From Candidatus Enterousia sp. (GTDB taxonomy: Bacteria > Pseudomonadota > Alphaproteobacteria > Rs-D84), in the NCBI GenBank assembly GCA_045646605.1, contig JAZRLA010000005.1, forward strand, positions 11,519 to 75,518: a stretch of DNA of 64,000 nucleotides, read 5' to 3'. The notes under the pieces are model-generated. The model did no database searches, had not been told where the DNA came from, and was given only the letters and a program-made list of their open reading frames with translations. Below are positions 11,501 to 19,030 of the stretch, one piece after another. A program made the position numbers and the translations under genes. Positions within the stretch are counted from its first letter, which is position 1. Every line of letters begins with the position of its first letter.

Positions 11501-14500
11501 TAAAGGAACTTACTACCCACCGTAGGTGTAAACCTACTGCGAATTTCATATGACTTTTCAATAAGGATACCCGTATCAAAATATTGATTTCCATCCGCCG
11601 TAACATATTCCAATTGCGTATATCCGGCGGGCAGGTCGGTCGAACCCACGGTTCCACCGTTATAGGTATACACAATATTATTAGTTCCGTTTACACAAAC
11701 CGGATTATATGTTCCATCACCCGACACACAAACATAGCCCGTATCGCACGATGTCGTATATGTCGTATTTTGCCCGACATTAAGCGTACACGACCCATTT
11801 GCAATTGGGTCATTACAATCCTGTGCCCATCCGGCATAAAGTGTTTCGGCACCCGTCACATTCCATGCATTCCCTGTAACGGTCGGTTGCCCATCCTCTT
11901 TTATATGACGCGCGGCACCATCCGTCTGCGTTTCGGATATGGTATCGGCATCCGCCTGATTTAAATAAAACCCACGGAAAGTGTAACCACCCGATTTCGA
12001 CGGAACAATACTTGTTGTTTGATAGTTAAACGTATTGGTGCACGCGCTGTCCGTGTACCATACCGCCGGCGCACCACTCTTTTTATAAAGTATCGCAAAC
12101 GTTCCCGCGGAACCGGTATTTGGATTCAACGTAATCGCATTACATGTCGGCGTCCACGTTGCCGTTATTGTCACAGATGTTCCATTCGGCGTTTCATATA
12201 CACCAAGACTATCGTAATCACAATTAATCGATACATGGGGATTAAACGTATTTCCCGCAACCGACCATTTATTAAATGTATATCCCGTCGTGGTAAGTGC
12301 CGTTGGCAACATAAGTGTTCCACCATACATACACGACGTCGCCTGGGGCGTGGTTCCATGTCCGCCATTATTATACGTCACCGATATAGTATTTCCAACA
12401 CACGAATTGGTACTGGCATCCAAATGATATCCCGCCCGGCATGACCATTTCGCATACAGCGGTTTATCCCCAGTATCCGTCGTGGTAATTTCATACGGCG
12501 ATGCGCAGTTCGTCAGTGCCACATCACTGCACCATCCTTCAAAAGAACTGCCCACGCGGGTTGGCACACCATACACCGTCGTACCAACACCGTATGTATA
12601 TGACGATGGATATGGCGTCGCGACCGGATTACCATCGGTAAAATCACCCGTTCCCGCATTTTCAAAGAATGTTCGCGACACCAGGTCATACATACCAACG
12701 ACATTGGATGAATTCTTTGCCGGCACCAAGTATTGAACAAGTGTATCACCATCCCACAATTTCCAAGAATATACGGTAATTTCACCTTTCGCCAAACTTC
12801 CACCACTATACCGCGCAAACAACGTGATTGTTGCAGGTGTTTCAAACGTGGTTGGATTTGTATACGAACGATATTTTGTTCCATCTATGTACAAACCATC
12901 GGCGGATAATTGTACCACATGCTTTTCCAGATCAATGTTTGGAAGCGTCAAAATCGATGTCGGCGATACGGTATCAAACTGACCAAAAAGAGTTGAACTT
13001 TGTGAAATTTTTCCATCCGAACTCCCAACAATAAACGCCCTATTACTTGAATTGGTTCGTGCCCCAAATATAACACCGCCCGACGTTGAATATTCGTTAA
13101 ATTTAAATACAATCTCTGCCTTAGTATTCAAATTACCCTTGAAACCCGTATCAATATATTGTGTTCCGGTGCTTGTAATATATTCCAATTGCGTATATCC
13201 ACTTGGCACGGCACTTGAACTTGCGGTTCCACCATTCCAAGTATAATTGATATTATACGTATTCGGCGTCCATTGGGCGTACAATGTCGTATCACTGCTA
13301 ACCGCGTTCGCACCCGTTGGTGCGGTCCATGTACCGTTACTAAGTGTTCCAACCGGCCCCCCATTCGATGCCGCATCCGCATAGCCCGCAAACGTATATC
13401 CCGTCCGCGTCGGTAATTGATTCCCCGAAAGGGTAAAGTTCATATTGAACGAAGAACCACTTGACGATGTTGACCAACCCGTATCGTATTTTTCATATAT
13501 TGTGGTCACAGAACCCGCCGTTCCATCATTTGCATTCAATGTCACGGTATAAATATTCGGCGTCCACTGCGCATACCATGTTGTATCGGCGGCAACCGTG
13601 TCCGGCAGCGGTGCGGACCAAGTATCACTAACATACGATCCAACCGGACTTCCATTCGATTGTGCATCGGCATATCCATCAAACGTATATCCCGTCCGTG
13701 TCGGTAATTGATTCCCCGAAAGGTTAACCGAACCAAACGAACCATTTTGTGATGTCGACCAACCGGTCTCGTACTTTTCATAAATCGCCTCGATTCCACC
13801 CGAACCGCCGTCTGCACTTAATGTCACGATATAAACTATCGGTGTCCAGTTTGCATGTAATTCCGTATCTTCGGTAACACTCCAACTGGTGTTACCGGTC
13901 GATTCGACCAAAAAACCCTGATCAAGTTGATTTGTAAATATCTGACGATTACCTGTGGCATAATACCCACCGAATGAATAACCGGTTGTGGTCGGCATAC
14001 TAATGGCCGGTGTCGTAACCGCCGTTGTGGTACAATATTCATCACTATACCAAACCGCTGGTGTTTGGCTGCCCGCTTCAATTGGCTTACGAAACAATTT
14101 AGTATTGGTATTAGTCACCGATTTACCATCATTGTTAAATGTTACCAGATAGCACGCCGTCCTGCACCCCGTCGGTTTTATGAGCACTTTATTTACCAAA
14201 TCGATTGTATGATTCGAATCATAATAATACTGGCTAAGTACGGTTTCGATATTGAATCCCGACGTCGGCAGGTCTGTTGCCACAGGATCGTCATCATTAT
14301 TTTGATCAGAATCTACTACAAACAGGTTCCATCCTGTCGGCGCCTTATCATCACCACAAACATTACATTTGGCACCTTCGCCGCCACTAATGGCAAAAAG
14401 ACCGAATGGAAGCTCACCACCATCAAGTACATAAAGATTATTAAACTCATAACTCTCGCATCCAACCAAAGACACGTCACCAGCAGCTACAATATCCAAA

Positions 14501-15324
14501 GTATACGGCATTCTCCACTTTGCGGTTATTGGGGTTTGCACCATAACAGGGTCATATTCATATTGTGTTGTTCCCGAATCAACACTATTGTAAAGAACCA
14601 CACCACCATCATCAAACACAGCAGTTGAATAAACAGAATAACTAGCGGTACCATCGTTAACGGATCCACCGACAAGGCCCTTCGTTGGGGCCGAATACCC
14701 CGTAAATGTTCTATTTGCCCGCGATGGCACCTTTAAGTGCGGTGATGATGCGTTGACGTCATATTCAATTGAACACTGATCATCCTCATAAACCCCACGT
14801 TTACTATACAACCCACTTCCATCATACAACTGGGTATACACGGATTCTTGGGTGCCGGTAATATTGCCACCGGCATAATTAAACGTCGCCAGTGTACACG
14901 GACAATCCCACTTCGCCTTAAGAGTAAGTTTTTTGCCACTATAAGCAGTACATAAACTTTCCCACAGTGACGGGTCATCAACCGGGTACAAATTTTGATC
15001 AAAAACCATAGGGGACAAATTATTATCATAACCATACAAAAAATATCCCAAAAATGTACAGAGCGGCTGCTCTACCCAATTACAGGAGTCTTTTATATTT
15101 GGCAAATTGCCACCATCATACTCCGCCACCGGTACCAAGGACGAAGCAACACATTTTTCATCATAACTGGAAACTATTGCATTGGCCACATCGTTTGGAT
15201 CCAAACGAATCAGTACCGGGTTCACTGTACAATCGGTGACGGCAATGGCCGCGTTCGTAAACACGCCAAACGCGCATGCGATTGAAACAATAATCACATT
15301 AAAAAGCCGCAGAAAACGTGACAT
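5527..15324 (-). CDS. Giant secreted modular repeat protein (3265 aa)
   Basis: Uninterrupted 9.8-kb ORF with a Sec-type signal (MSRFLRLFNVIIVSIACAFGVFTNAAIA). It contains many units of the form ..LPTRTGYTF.GY....LYAQWTPN.Y.V.. that resemble Listeria-Bacteroides (Flg_new) repeats. Four inserts of about 200 aa begin ..GYTQ(L/V)EY...G.Q.(I/F)(D/N)TG. There are 12-13 tandem F.GCSGLTG.IP..LFG leucine-rich-type repeats (nt ~5955-7330) and a Cys-rich C-terminal region of about 140 aa. Confidence 0.9.
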   Translation of the reverse strand: MSRFLRLFNVIIVSIACAFGVFTNAAIAVTDCTVNPVLIRLDPNDVANAIVSSYDEKCVASSLVPVAEYDGGNLPNIKDSCNWVEQPLCTFLGYFLYGYDNNLSPMVFDQNLYPVDDPSLWESLCTAYSGKKLTLKAKWDCPCTLATFNYAGGNITGTQESVYTQLYDGSGLYSKRGVYEDDQCSIEYDVNASSPHLKVPSRANRTFTGYSAPTKGLVGGSVNDGTASYSVYSTAVFDDGGVVLYNSVDSGTTQYEYDPVMVQTPITAKWRMPYTLDIVAAGDVSLVGCESYEFNNLYVLDGGELPFGLFAISGGEGAKCNVCGDDKAPTGWNLFVVDSDQNNDDDPVATDLPTSGFNIETVLSQYYYDSNHTIDLVNKVLIKPTGCRTACYLVTFNNDGKSVTNTNTKLFRKPIEAGSQTPAVWYSDEYCTTTAVTTPAISMPTTTGYSFGGYYATGNRQIFTNQLDQGFLVESTGNTSWSVTEDTELHANWTPIVYIVTLSADGGSGGIEAIYEKYETGWSTSQNGSFGSVNLSGNQLPTRTGYTFDGYADAQSNGSPVGSYVSDTWSAPLPDTVAADTTWYAQWTPNIYTVTLNANDGTAGSVTTIYEKYDTGWSTSSSGSSFNMNFTLSGNQLPTRTGYTFAGYADAASNGGPVGTLSNGTWTAPTGANAVSSDTTLYAQWTPNTYNINYTWNGGTASSSAVPSGYTQLEYITSTGTQYIDTGFKGNLNTKAEIVFKFNEYSTSGGVIFGARTNSSNRAFIVGSSDGKISQSSTLFGQFDTVSPTSILTLPNIDLEKHVVQLSADGLYIDGTKYRSYTNPTTFETPATITLFARYSGGSLAKGEITVYSWKLWDGDTLVQYLVPAKNSSNVVGMYDLVSRTFFENAGTGDFTDGNPVATPYPSSYTYGVGTTVYGVPTRVGSSFEGWCSDVALTNCASPYEITTTDTGDKPLYAKWSCRAGYHLDASTNSCVGNTISVTYNNGGHGTTPQATSCMYGGTLMLPTALTTTGYTFNKWSVAGNTFNPHVSINCDYDSLGVYETPNGTSVTITATWTPTCNAITLNPNTGSAGTFAILYKKSGAPAVWYTDSACTNTFNYQTTSIVPSKSGGYTFRGFYLNQADADTISETQTDGAARHIKEDGQPTVTGNAWNVTGAETLYAGWAQDCNDPIANGSCTLNVGQNTTYTTSCDTGYVCVSGDGTYNPVCVNGTNNIVYTYNGGTVGSTDLPAGYTQLEYVTADGNQYFDTGILIEKSYEIRSRFTPTVGSKFLYGVRNATSNDTASITGYMSGNWRFGSKAISKTLSLNRVHTVIQNVSGLTVDGTTTTYPAQSADFTTPDTLLFGTARNYDGISPSRFVGNIYGFRIIDENQKDIMNLIPAKNSSNVSGFYDLVSGNFFTSITGTDFDAGPAVTTAYPTTYNVGVGVDVYGVPKRAGSVFVGWCRDSALSTGCAMAPHEVTTTDTGLVYLYAKWTCKPGYTASGNSCVGNTYTVTLSKNHSDASGYIDPTPTIYEKYGTGWSKLQNSQFRPSFTLSEDSLPTRTGYSFDGYYDTAAATGGNEFGTFTINVGGNGIFDEVTWTAPSATTVTENTTVYARWTPITYNITYEWNGGTSNSTSLPNGYTQLEYIASDGTPFINTGIMGLNKRVVVDAQYTGTDTALKILAGYDMNYTGTFVAVRSGKWALNSSYITSVSASDRTTVSVVFDRNANNYTHAILTANGESVEYTRSNTREDAPIVLFNGGYTVVNTTYGFVGRIYHVAIYDKDTGKLLFNGVPALNSLNVPGIYDLVSRRFLTNDADSGAFTAGNPVTTPYPNQYTYGVGATIYGVPTRTNSVFEAWCADSSLSINCVLPHEITTTDYGDKTLYAKWSCVSGYHLDSNGSCVGNTISVTYNNGGHGTAPSSPAICTYGGTLTLPAAITTTGYTFDQWSVAGHTFNDGSTITCNYNNLGVYETPNETSVTITATWTPTCNAIRLGPNGGIAGTVAMLYKKSGEPATWYDDGKCTTLAEFGLNIIPRRSDWTFRGFYSNQVADVTSSSLGSNFSQRIIDDQGQPTVAGNAWDVTVAETLYAGWAHDCDPTHATCNLSVSGENVVYTTSCNTGYVYTSGQSAYNPVCEGRVYTITLNKNHNDATNWTHSQSVVYEKYGTMWFVTPDAVSIDDPNPNSPVEVTAFTGTRLPTRAGYTFMGYFDAPTGGNPVGTYSNGTWTLPPNTTYLSNATLYAHWTANAYDISYEWNGATANSSAVPSGYTQVEYLVSDGNQKIDTGIYGIGKRVVIDAQYTGESSNTVKFLAGYYSGEYIGTFAGVYSNKWGLSSGYKLTNSSATNRTRLTLSFDTNSSSEYHNRAVLAANGETTTVTRANVLNNGTIWLLNAGTNANRGFLGQVYHVLIYDDATGAVMFNGIPARSNSNNELGLYDTVSGTFFTATGSTALSAGLDVLSTPYPTSYTAGVGTMVYGVPARTGSVFVGWCRNSNLTTGCASPHEITTTDYGNKPLYAKWDCAMGYTKNDQTGLCEVSPAFTVTVKVPTNTTFKFSMAAKGNFTIDWGDASAVQVVNSPDVTKTEYTHTYTFSGSGTQTFDIKINGAAAGYSNSSINAAISFFNATVDEDDNIVENGDGTEVYIDHVAGSLGKIFRAMDDSRANNMTPRFYQTFRNAKNMTQTMASLSNLFSGVNGTTGVSMFQETFRGCTHLTGAIPADLFGRVENGEYSGIDGAVQIQMFAGTFFGCSGLTGSIPENLFGRGVNGVYHGIDGGASNFAFSTTFYGCSGLTGSIPANLFGRVVNGVYHGIDGAPGRQIFYNTFYDCSGLTGSIPETLFGRYVGGVYYGLKGTPSNVSGFSGTFKNCSSLTGSIPAGLFAGISGDLSSNTNVFYGTFSGCSGLTGSIPADLFGRVVNGEYVGIDGAPAYGMFRETFRGCSGLTGAIPETLFGRVVNGVYHGLNGVPAVNMFYGTFWGCSGLTGSIPGNLFNRVVQVNGVDTFYGISGEPRSGVYRDLFNGCSGLTGTIPTTLFGRTVNGTYYGLIGDPKDNIFNRTFYGCSGLTGEIPSYLLGHFDGTVKAGTFSQTFRGCSGLTGTIPGNLFGGLDLEGPIQTFSFYATFYGCSGLTGYVPVNLFGQVTRPVEDPESMMSSVFYSSGLATSCPCGTTRVTTSPFTDKWNGKVSCTPGLSAGQHWYNGQCTTMCSNAAIDELHVGALNAFPVLTDKLTTPSINIKLGNKQCYVPLATGNGGTNSLNMSYGGNVYHADRPDDVQPAGFAQRD

Positions 15325-15424
15325 TCAATCCCTTTCCATCCATTCCTATGGGTCCAGTGTAGAAAATTAGATAATTTCGTGCAAGATAAAAAACATCTTT
15401 TTTGAAAATTTTTCACAAAAATAT

Positions 15425-15452
15425 TTGCAAATTTTTTTCTTTCGAATATTAT
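15425..15452 (+). promoter_or_regulatory. Sigma70-type promoter of rnpB
   Basis: TTGCAA (15425-15430), a 16-nt spacer, then TATTAT (15447-15452). The predicted start, 7-8 nt downstream, coincides with the 5' strand of the P1 stem. Confidence 0.5.
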
Positions 15453-15459
15453 ACTATCG

Positions 15460-15802
15460 CATAGTCGAATAAAAGCATAGCTGTCGCGGTTTCCGCGGCG
15501 GAGGAAAGTCCGGACTGCGCGGGACAACACACCGGCTAACGACCGGGCAGAGCAATCTGACGATTAGAGCAACAGTGACGAAGCAAACATTGGTTTGAGT
15601 GAAACGGGCAATCTCTGTGTGCAGCAACTTCAAATAGGTTTCCAATGATTTGTCCCGAATCGGAAACGGGTAGAAGGCTTGATGCTTTGTGGTAACACAT
15701 TGCACAGACTAATTATGCTTGCCACCCATTTGTTTGGTGTCGAACGCGCCGGAACGACACTGGGCCTGGGCGGAACAGAATCCGGCTTATCATTCGGCTA
15801 TG
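15460..15802 (+). ncRNA. rnpB: RNase P RNA (bacterial type A)
   Basis: Contains the universally conserved GGAGGAAAGTCCGGAC (about 15500-15515) and ACAGAATCCGGCTTATC (about 15775-15792). The P1 stem pairs CATAGTCGAAT (15460-15470) with ATTCGGCTATG (15792-15802). The ORFs predicted here on both strands are spurious. Confidence 0.9.
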
Positions 15803-15809
15803 ACGGCAT

Positions 15810-15832
15810 CCGCCCCAATCGGGGCGGTTTTT
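15810..15832 (+). terminator. Rho-independent terminator of rnpB
   Basis: CCGCCCC-AATC-GGGGCGG followed by TTTTT. Confidence 0.75.
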
Positions 15833-16014
15833 AGTTCCCCTTCACTGTGTGAAGGGGGGGACCGGCGAAAACCGGTATCCCGTACTTTCAACCGTAACGG
15901 CAAGATCCCGCGTTACCGCGGGATGACGGAAAGGAAACAACGGACACATCCGCGCCCGTACTAACACCACCAGTTCCCCTCCTGTGGAGGGGTGGCCGAA
16001 GGCCGGGGTGGTCT
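15833..16014. repeat. Composite of GC-rich hairpin modules
   Basis: In order: GTTCCCCTTCACTGTGTGAAGGGG hairpin, ACCGGCGAAAACCGGTATC, AGATCCCGCGTTACCGCGGGATGACGG, a CTAACACCACC arm, then GTTCCCCTCCTGTGGAGGGGTGGCCGAAGGCCGGGGTGGTCT (15973-16014), which abuts the tolA stop codon. The same modules recur at 5334, 24516, 27899, 39785 and 58333. Confidence 0.75.
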
Positions 16015-16773
16015 TTACATAACCATTCCTTGGGCGGGGTAAAAAGTAAGTTGAATTTCACGCCATGTTTTGTATTCACTGCGCGGCAACATATCCAAGG
16101 GTTGACACGCGTTTATTGCCGCACGGATTGTATCTAACACATATGCAAATGCCGGATCGCGCTCCGCCGCCGACGCACCTTCGAACCACACATTTGCAAC
16201 CGTCCCATTTGTCCGCATTGTCAAATGCGCCACCGCACGAATCCCCGAAATATCCGGCCGCGATGTGTCAATCACCCAACAGCGCGTCATTTTATACCGC
16301 AACGCATCAATAATTGATATTGCCAAACCCGTATGCAACGACGTCGTATTACGGTTCACACGAATAACCGTCTTTTTCACGGTCGCCGGTTTATCGTCGG
16401 GCTTTTCATCCTTTGGTTTGTTTTCTTTCTTTTCTTCGGGTTTTTCGTCGGGAATCACGGTCGGCGTTTCAATTTTTTGTTCGGTCTTTAACGCGGCATC
16501 TTGTTCCGGTGTTGGCTTTATTTCCGGCTCTTTTACTGGTTCTTTTTTTTCCTTTTTGTCCGGCACCGTTGTATTATACAGAACGGATTCATCGCCCGTA
16601 ACTTTCACCTGGCTAAGGTCGATCATCATAATTTGAACACGGTCGGGCGCAACAAATCTTTCGCGTTCACCAATCACAACGCCCGCAATAAAAACCAGCA
16701 CACACAACACCACCAAATGCCCCAGGACCGAAAGCCCCACGTTTTCAGAAGCAAAATGATTGAACCGTGCCAT
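16015..16773 (-). CDS. tolA: TolA-like protein (TM anchor, Lys/Glu/Pro-rich linker, TolA/TonB-type C-terminal domain)
   Basis: N-terminal TM segment (LGHLVVLCVLVFIAGVVI), a KKEKKEPVKEPEIKPTPEQ...EKPEEKKENKPKDEKPDDKP linker, and a position immediately downstream of tolQ-tolR. Confidence 0.65.
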   Translation of the reverse strand: MARFNHFASENVGLSVLGHLVVLCVLVFIAGVVIGERERFVAPDRVQIMMIDLSQVKVTGDESVLYNTTVPDKKEKKEPVKEPEIKPTPEQDAALKTEQKIETPTVIPDEKPEEKKENKPKDEKPDDKPATVKKTVIRVNRNTTSLHTGLAISIIDALRYKMTRCWVIDTSRPDISGIRAVAHLTMRTNGTVANVWFEGASAAERDPAFAYVLDTIRAAINACQPLDMLPRSEYKTWREIQLTFYPAQGMVM

Positions 16774-16776
16774 ATT

Positions 16777-17178
16777 TTAATTTTCCAATTTTGTCCTAAG
16801 GCCAATTTTTTGGAACCCGGCGGTCTTTAACTTTCCCATAACATTCATCACCGCACCATAATCCGCATGCCTATCGCCATTTATAACGATGGTCAGGTTT
16901 GGATTTTCGCCACGCATTGCAACCGCACGCGTCACAACTTCGTCCGCCGGCAATTCAACCGTTCCCAAATAATACCGACCAGATGAATCAACACTAACCT
17001 GCATCGCGTGGTCCGTCCCGGTCAAAACAGTTGTTCCGGCATTTGGCAAATCCAAATCGATTCCATTCGTCATCATCGGCGTCGTTACCATAAACACGGC
17101 AAGCAACACCGTCATAACGTCAATCATCGGCGTCAATGTTATTGTTGCGTCCGAAACCCACCGTCTTTTACGCACCAT
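16777..17178 (-). CDS. tolR: TolR/ExbD-family protein
   Basis: The start is taken at MVRKRRWVSDATITLTPMIDVMTVLLAVFMV (ATG at 17178, with a GGGGGGA RBS). It shows the ExbD/TolR pattern of one TM segment plus a periplasmic domain, and overlaps the tolQ stop by 11 nt. Confidence 0.8.
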   Translation of the reverse strand: MVRKRRWVSDATITLTPMIDVMTVLLAVFMVTTPMMTNGIDLDLPNAGTTVLTGTDHAMQVSVDSSGRYYLGTVELPADEVVTRAVAMRGENPNLTIVINGDRHADYGAVMNVMGKLKTAGFQKIGLRTKLEN

Positions 17179-17620
17179 GTTTATTTTCCCCCCATGAATC
17201 GTATAAATCATCGGCGCGTTTGGAAAAAATCTGGTGCGCGATTGCCGCCGGTATCGCCACAATCAACCCCAACGCCGTCGTTCCAAGTGCGATTGCAAGT
17301 CCCGGTGCAATAACACCAATACTTACCGATTGATTTGCACCAATCGACGAAAAAGAATCCATAACACCCCAAACCGTTCCAAAAAGCCCAATAAACGGCG
17401 AAACATATGCGACCATCGCCAAAAACCAAAGGTTTTTATCAAACGGACGAATCGCCGCGTCCGGATTCCCCGCGGGCCTATGCCGCCGCGCATGGCGGAA
17501 AAGCCGAATTTTTTCCACAATCACCGCCCAAGACATTATACTAAACACAACCAACACAATCGACGCAACCGCCGTCACAACATCGGTTGTAAATAACCGC
17601 CATAACGAAAACGAATTCAT
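17168..17620 (-). CDS. tolQ: TolQ/ExbB-family proton channel, unusually short (150 aa)
   Basis: Conserved TM2-TM3 signature: PFIGLFGTVWGVMDSF...GVIAPGLAIALGTTALGLIVAIPAAIAHQIF. The loop between TM1 and TM2 is only about 25 aa. Confidence 0.8.
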   Translation of the reverse strand: MNSFSLWRLFTTDVVTAVASIVLVVFSIMSWAVIVEKIRLFRHARRHRPAGNPDAAIRPFDKNLWFLAMVAYVSPFIGLFGTVWGVMDSFSSIGANQSVSIGVIAPGLAIALGTTALGLIVAIPAAIAHQIFSKRADDLYDSWGENKHGA

Positions 17621-17639
17621 ATCCTTCCCCTTGTTTCTG

Positions 17640-18020
17640 CTATTGTTTCAGTGCACCCACCAACGTATCCGGCATGCACGCCGGCCGACCATTTGCATCC
17701 AAATACGCCGCCGTCCCGGTAAGTATAGCACAAATTTCATCGTTTTTCACGAATTTTTGTTCAACCGCGACCGACGCCGCGCCAACCTTTAATACACGCG
17801 TTTCCACAACAAATTCGTCACACAAAAATAATGGCCGTAAATACCGAATCTGAAGATCACGAATAACCAAACCAACATCCGCCGGATTCGGCCGTGCATT
17901 TCGCCCCAGCCAATTCATACGCGCACGTTCCGCAATCTCAATATACCGCCCATGATACATTATGCCACCGGCATCAGTATCCGCATACGCCACCGAAAAT
18001 TTAAATTTATGCACGTCCAT
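17640..18020 (-). CDS. ybgC: YbgC-type acyl-CoA thioesterase (4HBT fold)
   Basis: FKFSVAYADTDAGGIMYHGRYIEIAERARMNWL motif, located upstream of tolQ. Confidence 0.8.
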   Translation of the reverse strand: MDVHKFKFSVAYADTDAGGIMYHGRYIEIAERARMNWLGRNARPNPADVGLVIRDLQIRYLRPLFLCDEFVVETRVLKVGAASVAVEQKFVKNDEICAILTGTAAYLDANGRPACMPDTLVGALKQ

Positions 18021-18022
18021 AA

Positions 18023-19027
18023 CTATTTCTCTAGCCCCATGTGTTTATATCCCGCATCCGTCACAATGCGCCCGCGCGGTGTTCGCTGAATCAGCCCCAG
18101 TTGCATCAGGTATGGTTCAATCACATCTTCGATAGTATCCGCCGGTTCCGAAAGTGCCGCCGCCAAATTATCAATTCCAACCGGCCCACCCGCATAATGC
18201 ATTATAATTGCATTTATATATTCACGGTCAACCTGATCCAAACCATCACTGTCTATATGTAATTGTTCCAATGTTGTCCGCACCACAGATTCCGTGATTA
18301 TCCGGTTCCCAGTTGCCGCGGCAAAATCACGTGCACGCTTTAACAAACGGTTTGCAATACGCGGTGTTCCACGTGAACTTTTCGCCAACAATAAGGCACC
18401 GGCTTCATCAATTTCGGTGCCAAGAATCCCCGCGCTGCGCCGAATAATTTTTGCCAAATCGGCGGGCGAATAAAAACTTAGCCGCAAATCAATTCCAAAC
18501 CGGTCGCGCAACGGATTCGACAATAGTCCCGTCCGTGTTGTCGCCCCAACCAAAGTGAACGGGGGCAGGTCGATACGCACACTTTTCGCCGACGGCCCTT
18601 CACCAAGCATAATATCCAATTTGAAATCTTCCATCGCGGAATACAAAACTTCCTCTATCGCCGTAGGCAAGCGATGAATTTCATCAATAAACAAAACATC
18701 CATCGGTTCCAGTGCGGTAAGTATCGCCGCCAAATCCCCTTGCTTGGTCAGCATTGGCGCCGATGTCGCACGGAAATTCGCGCCCAATTCATTTGCAACA
18801 ATGTGGGCAAGCGTTGTTTTCCCCAATCCCGGCGGCCCATACAACAACACATGGTCCATTGGTTCGCCGCGTGCCCGCGCGCCGGATATAAACACCGATA
18901 AATTTTGCTTTAACGATTCATGCCCAATAAAATCGGACAGTGTCTTTGGCCGAATTGACACAGCAATTTCATCCGGCACATTTGGGTTCATAAAACGGTC
19001 ATTTATCGCATTTTCCATCGCACCCAT
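18023..19027 (-). CDS. ruvB: Holliday junction branch migration helicase RuvB
   Basis: Motifs [13 protein letters not shown], the Walker A sequence [24 protein letters not shown], and [17 protein letters not shown]. Confidence 0.97.
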   Translation of the reverse strand: MGAMENAINDRFMNPNVPDEIAVSIRPKTLSDFIGHESLKQNLSVFISGARARGEPMDHVLLYGPPGLGKTTLAHIVANELGANFRATSAPMLTKQGDLAAILTALEPMDVLFIDEIHRLPTAIEEVLYSAMEDFKLDIMLGEGPSAKSVRIDLPPFTLVGATTRTGLLSNPLRDRFGIDLRLSFYSPADLAKIIRRSAGILGTEIDEAGALLLAKSSRGTPRIANRLLKRARDFAAATGNRIITESVVRTTLEQLHIDSDGLDQVDREYINAIIMHYAGGPVGIDNLAAALSEPADTIEDVIEPYLMQLGLIQRTPRGRIVTDAGYKHMGLEK

Positions 19028-19030
19028 CCA

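Noticed and set aside
5527-15324. Numerous 60-220-aa ORFs on the plus strand and in other minus-strand frames inside the giant gene (for example 10744-11400, 14065-14628, 7357-7887).
   Set aside because: They are shadow ORFs of a long repetitive coding frame. They have Arg/Ile/His-rich, low-complexity translations and no starts with an RBS.
5527-15324. Diversity-generating retroelement (DGR), or cassette-based antigenic variation, acting on the repeated modules of the giant gene.
   Set aside because: There is no reverse transcriptase, template repeat or silent cassette anywhere in the window. The internal repeats are ordinary diverged duplications.
15294-15964. ORFs at 15294-15530(-), 15454-15705(-) and 15719-15964(+).
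   Set aside because: They overlap RNase P RNA and GC-rich hairpin repeats. Their peptides are the typical pseudo-translations of such repeats, and they have no RBS.
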